In this document: positions 63,190 through 64,000 of the stretch, in pieces
How positions within the stretch are numbered: position 1 is the stretch's first letter
How the letters are laid out: the number at the start of each line of letters is the position of its first letter
Assembly: GCA_032718475.1 (NCBI GenBank)
Contig: JAUCBJ010006005.1
Location: 9,664-73,663 of the forward strand
Source of the DNA: Nemertoderma westbladi
Lineage: Eukaryota > Animalia > Xenacoelomorpha
Length of the DNA stretch: 64,000 bases
Direction of reading: 5' to 3'
Made by a program: the position numbers and the translations under genes
Notes under the pieces: model-generated
What the model was told of the DNA's origin: nothing
Seen by the model: only the letters and a program-made list of their open reading frames with translations
The model's database searches: none

Positions 63190-63870
63190 GTTGCGGTAAA
63201 TTGCGGTTAGTTGCGGTAAATTGCGGTAAATTGCGGTAAATTGCGGTTTTTAGTAGGACCGATTTGGGTCGCTTTTTTATAGTTTTCGTCGCTTTTTGGA
63301 AAGTTTGAATATATCCCGATATGCCGATAGGGATATGTAAATATCCCGATCGGGATATATTAATAGGCCTATATCCCGATCGGGGTAGGGAACCCTACCA
63401 GCCTACCGGTACTGCCGGTAGTTTTAGAAATATTTCTAACTGAGTGGACAAAATGTGTCGTACACAGGGTTGGCAACCAATGGTTTTTCTCACCATTGGT
63501 TTTTTATGGTTTTTTGGTTTAACCAACTTTTAAAAAAAGGCGAAAAAATTGGTTTTTTATGGTTTTTTATGGTTTTTCATAAAATTTTTCAATTAACGCT
63601 GTAAATAATATAAAGCAGACTGGTAGTCGCGTTTCTTTTTCATTTTGCACTGTTAGAAGGAAAAAATTTCGCTCACTTTGAGTTTTGCTCGCGTTTCTTT
63701 ATCTTACATTTTGCACTGTTCAGTTAGGAACACAACGCCCGATTTTGTCCTTTTGAACGCCCGATTTTGTCGGTAGAAATAGGCGTTTAGGACGCCAGAT
63801 TATGTTTGGAACGCCAAAATTTGGCGTTCCATATTTATGAAGTATTGCCCGACATAATCGGGCGTCCCAT
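63190..63870. repeat. Cluster of further MITE ends whose partners are not identified
   Basis: (TTGCGGTAAA)n followed by TTTTAGTAGGACCG at 63191-63261; ATATCCCGAT repeats ending GGAACCCTA at about 63397; CAGGGTTGGCAACC start at about 63465; ACGCCCGATTTT repeats at 63735-63830. Confidence 0.5.
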
Positions 63871-64000
63871 TTTTATCACAGTAGGTATTTTGAGTGACAG
63901 CGGCCTAATCTGTGATCTGTACAGCCTGGCTACAGCTCACAGTAGCCTGGAGCAGTGGAGTGGAAGCCCATTGCAGCATTGGCTGATTGGCTTAATGTCT

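Overview
AT-rich, intron-containing eukaryotic DNA, probably from an invertebrate animal; there are no prokaryotic features. The one host gene is a SEC24A/B-type COPII coat gene on the minus strand. Seven coding exons lie between 43873 and 6870, with GT-AG junctions and consistent phases, and the 3' exons probably lie left of the window. Two introns are inflated by tandem arrays (a 15/45-bp array and a 63-bp array), and others carry foldback or MITE elements. Positions 44.5-63 kb are a Russian-doll nest of about 12 DNA transposons up to 7 levels deep, nearly all with exact target-site duplications (TSDs). The nest includes an intact DD35D pogo element with a PHD finger and three CAGT-ended families with 5-bp TSDs. 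Unexplained signals include a fixed-spacing 48-bp bipartite motif shared by different elements, a PWWP-like cargo in a CACTA element, and 8-nt extensions between TIR and TSD. All coordinates and alignments were read by eye and no database search was run.
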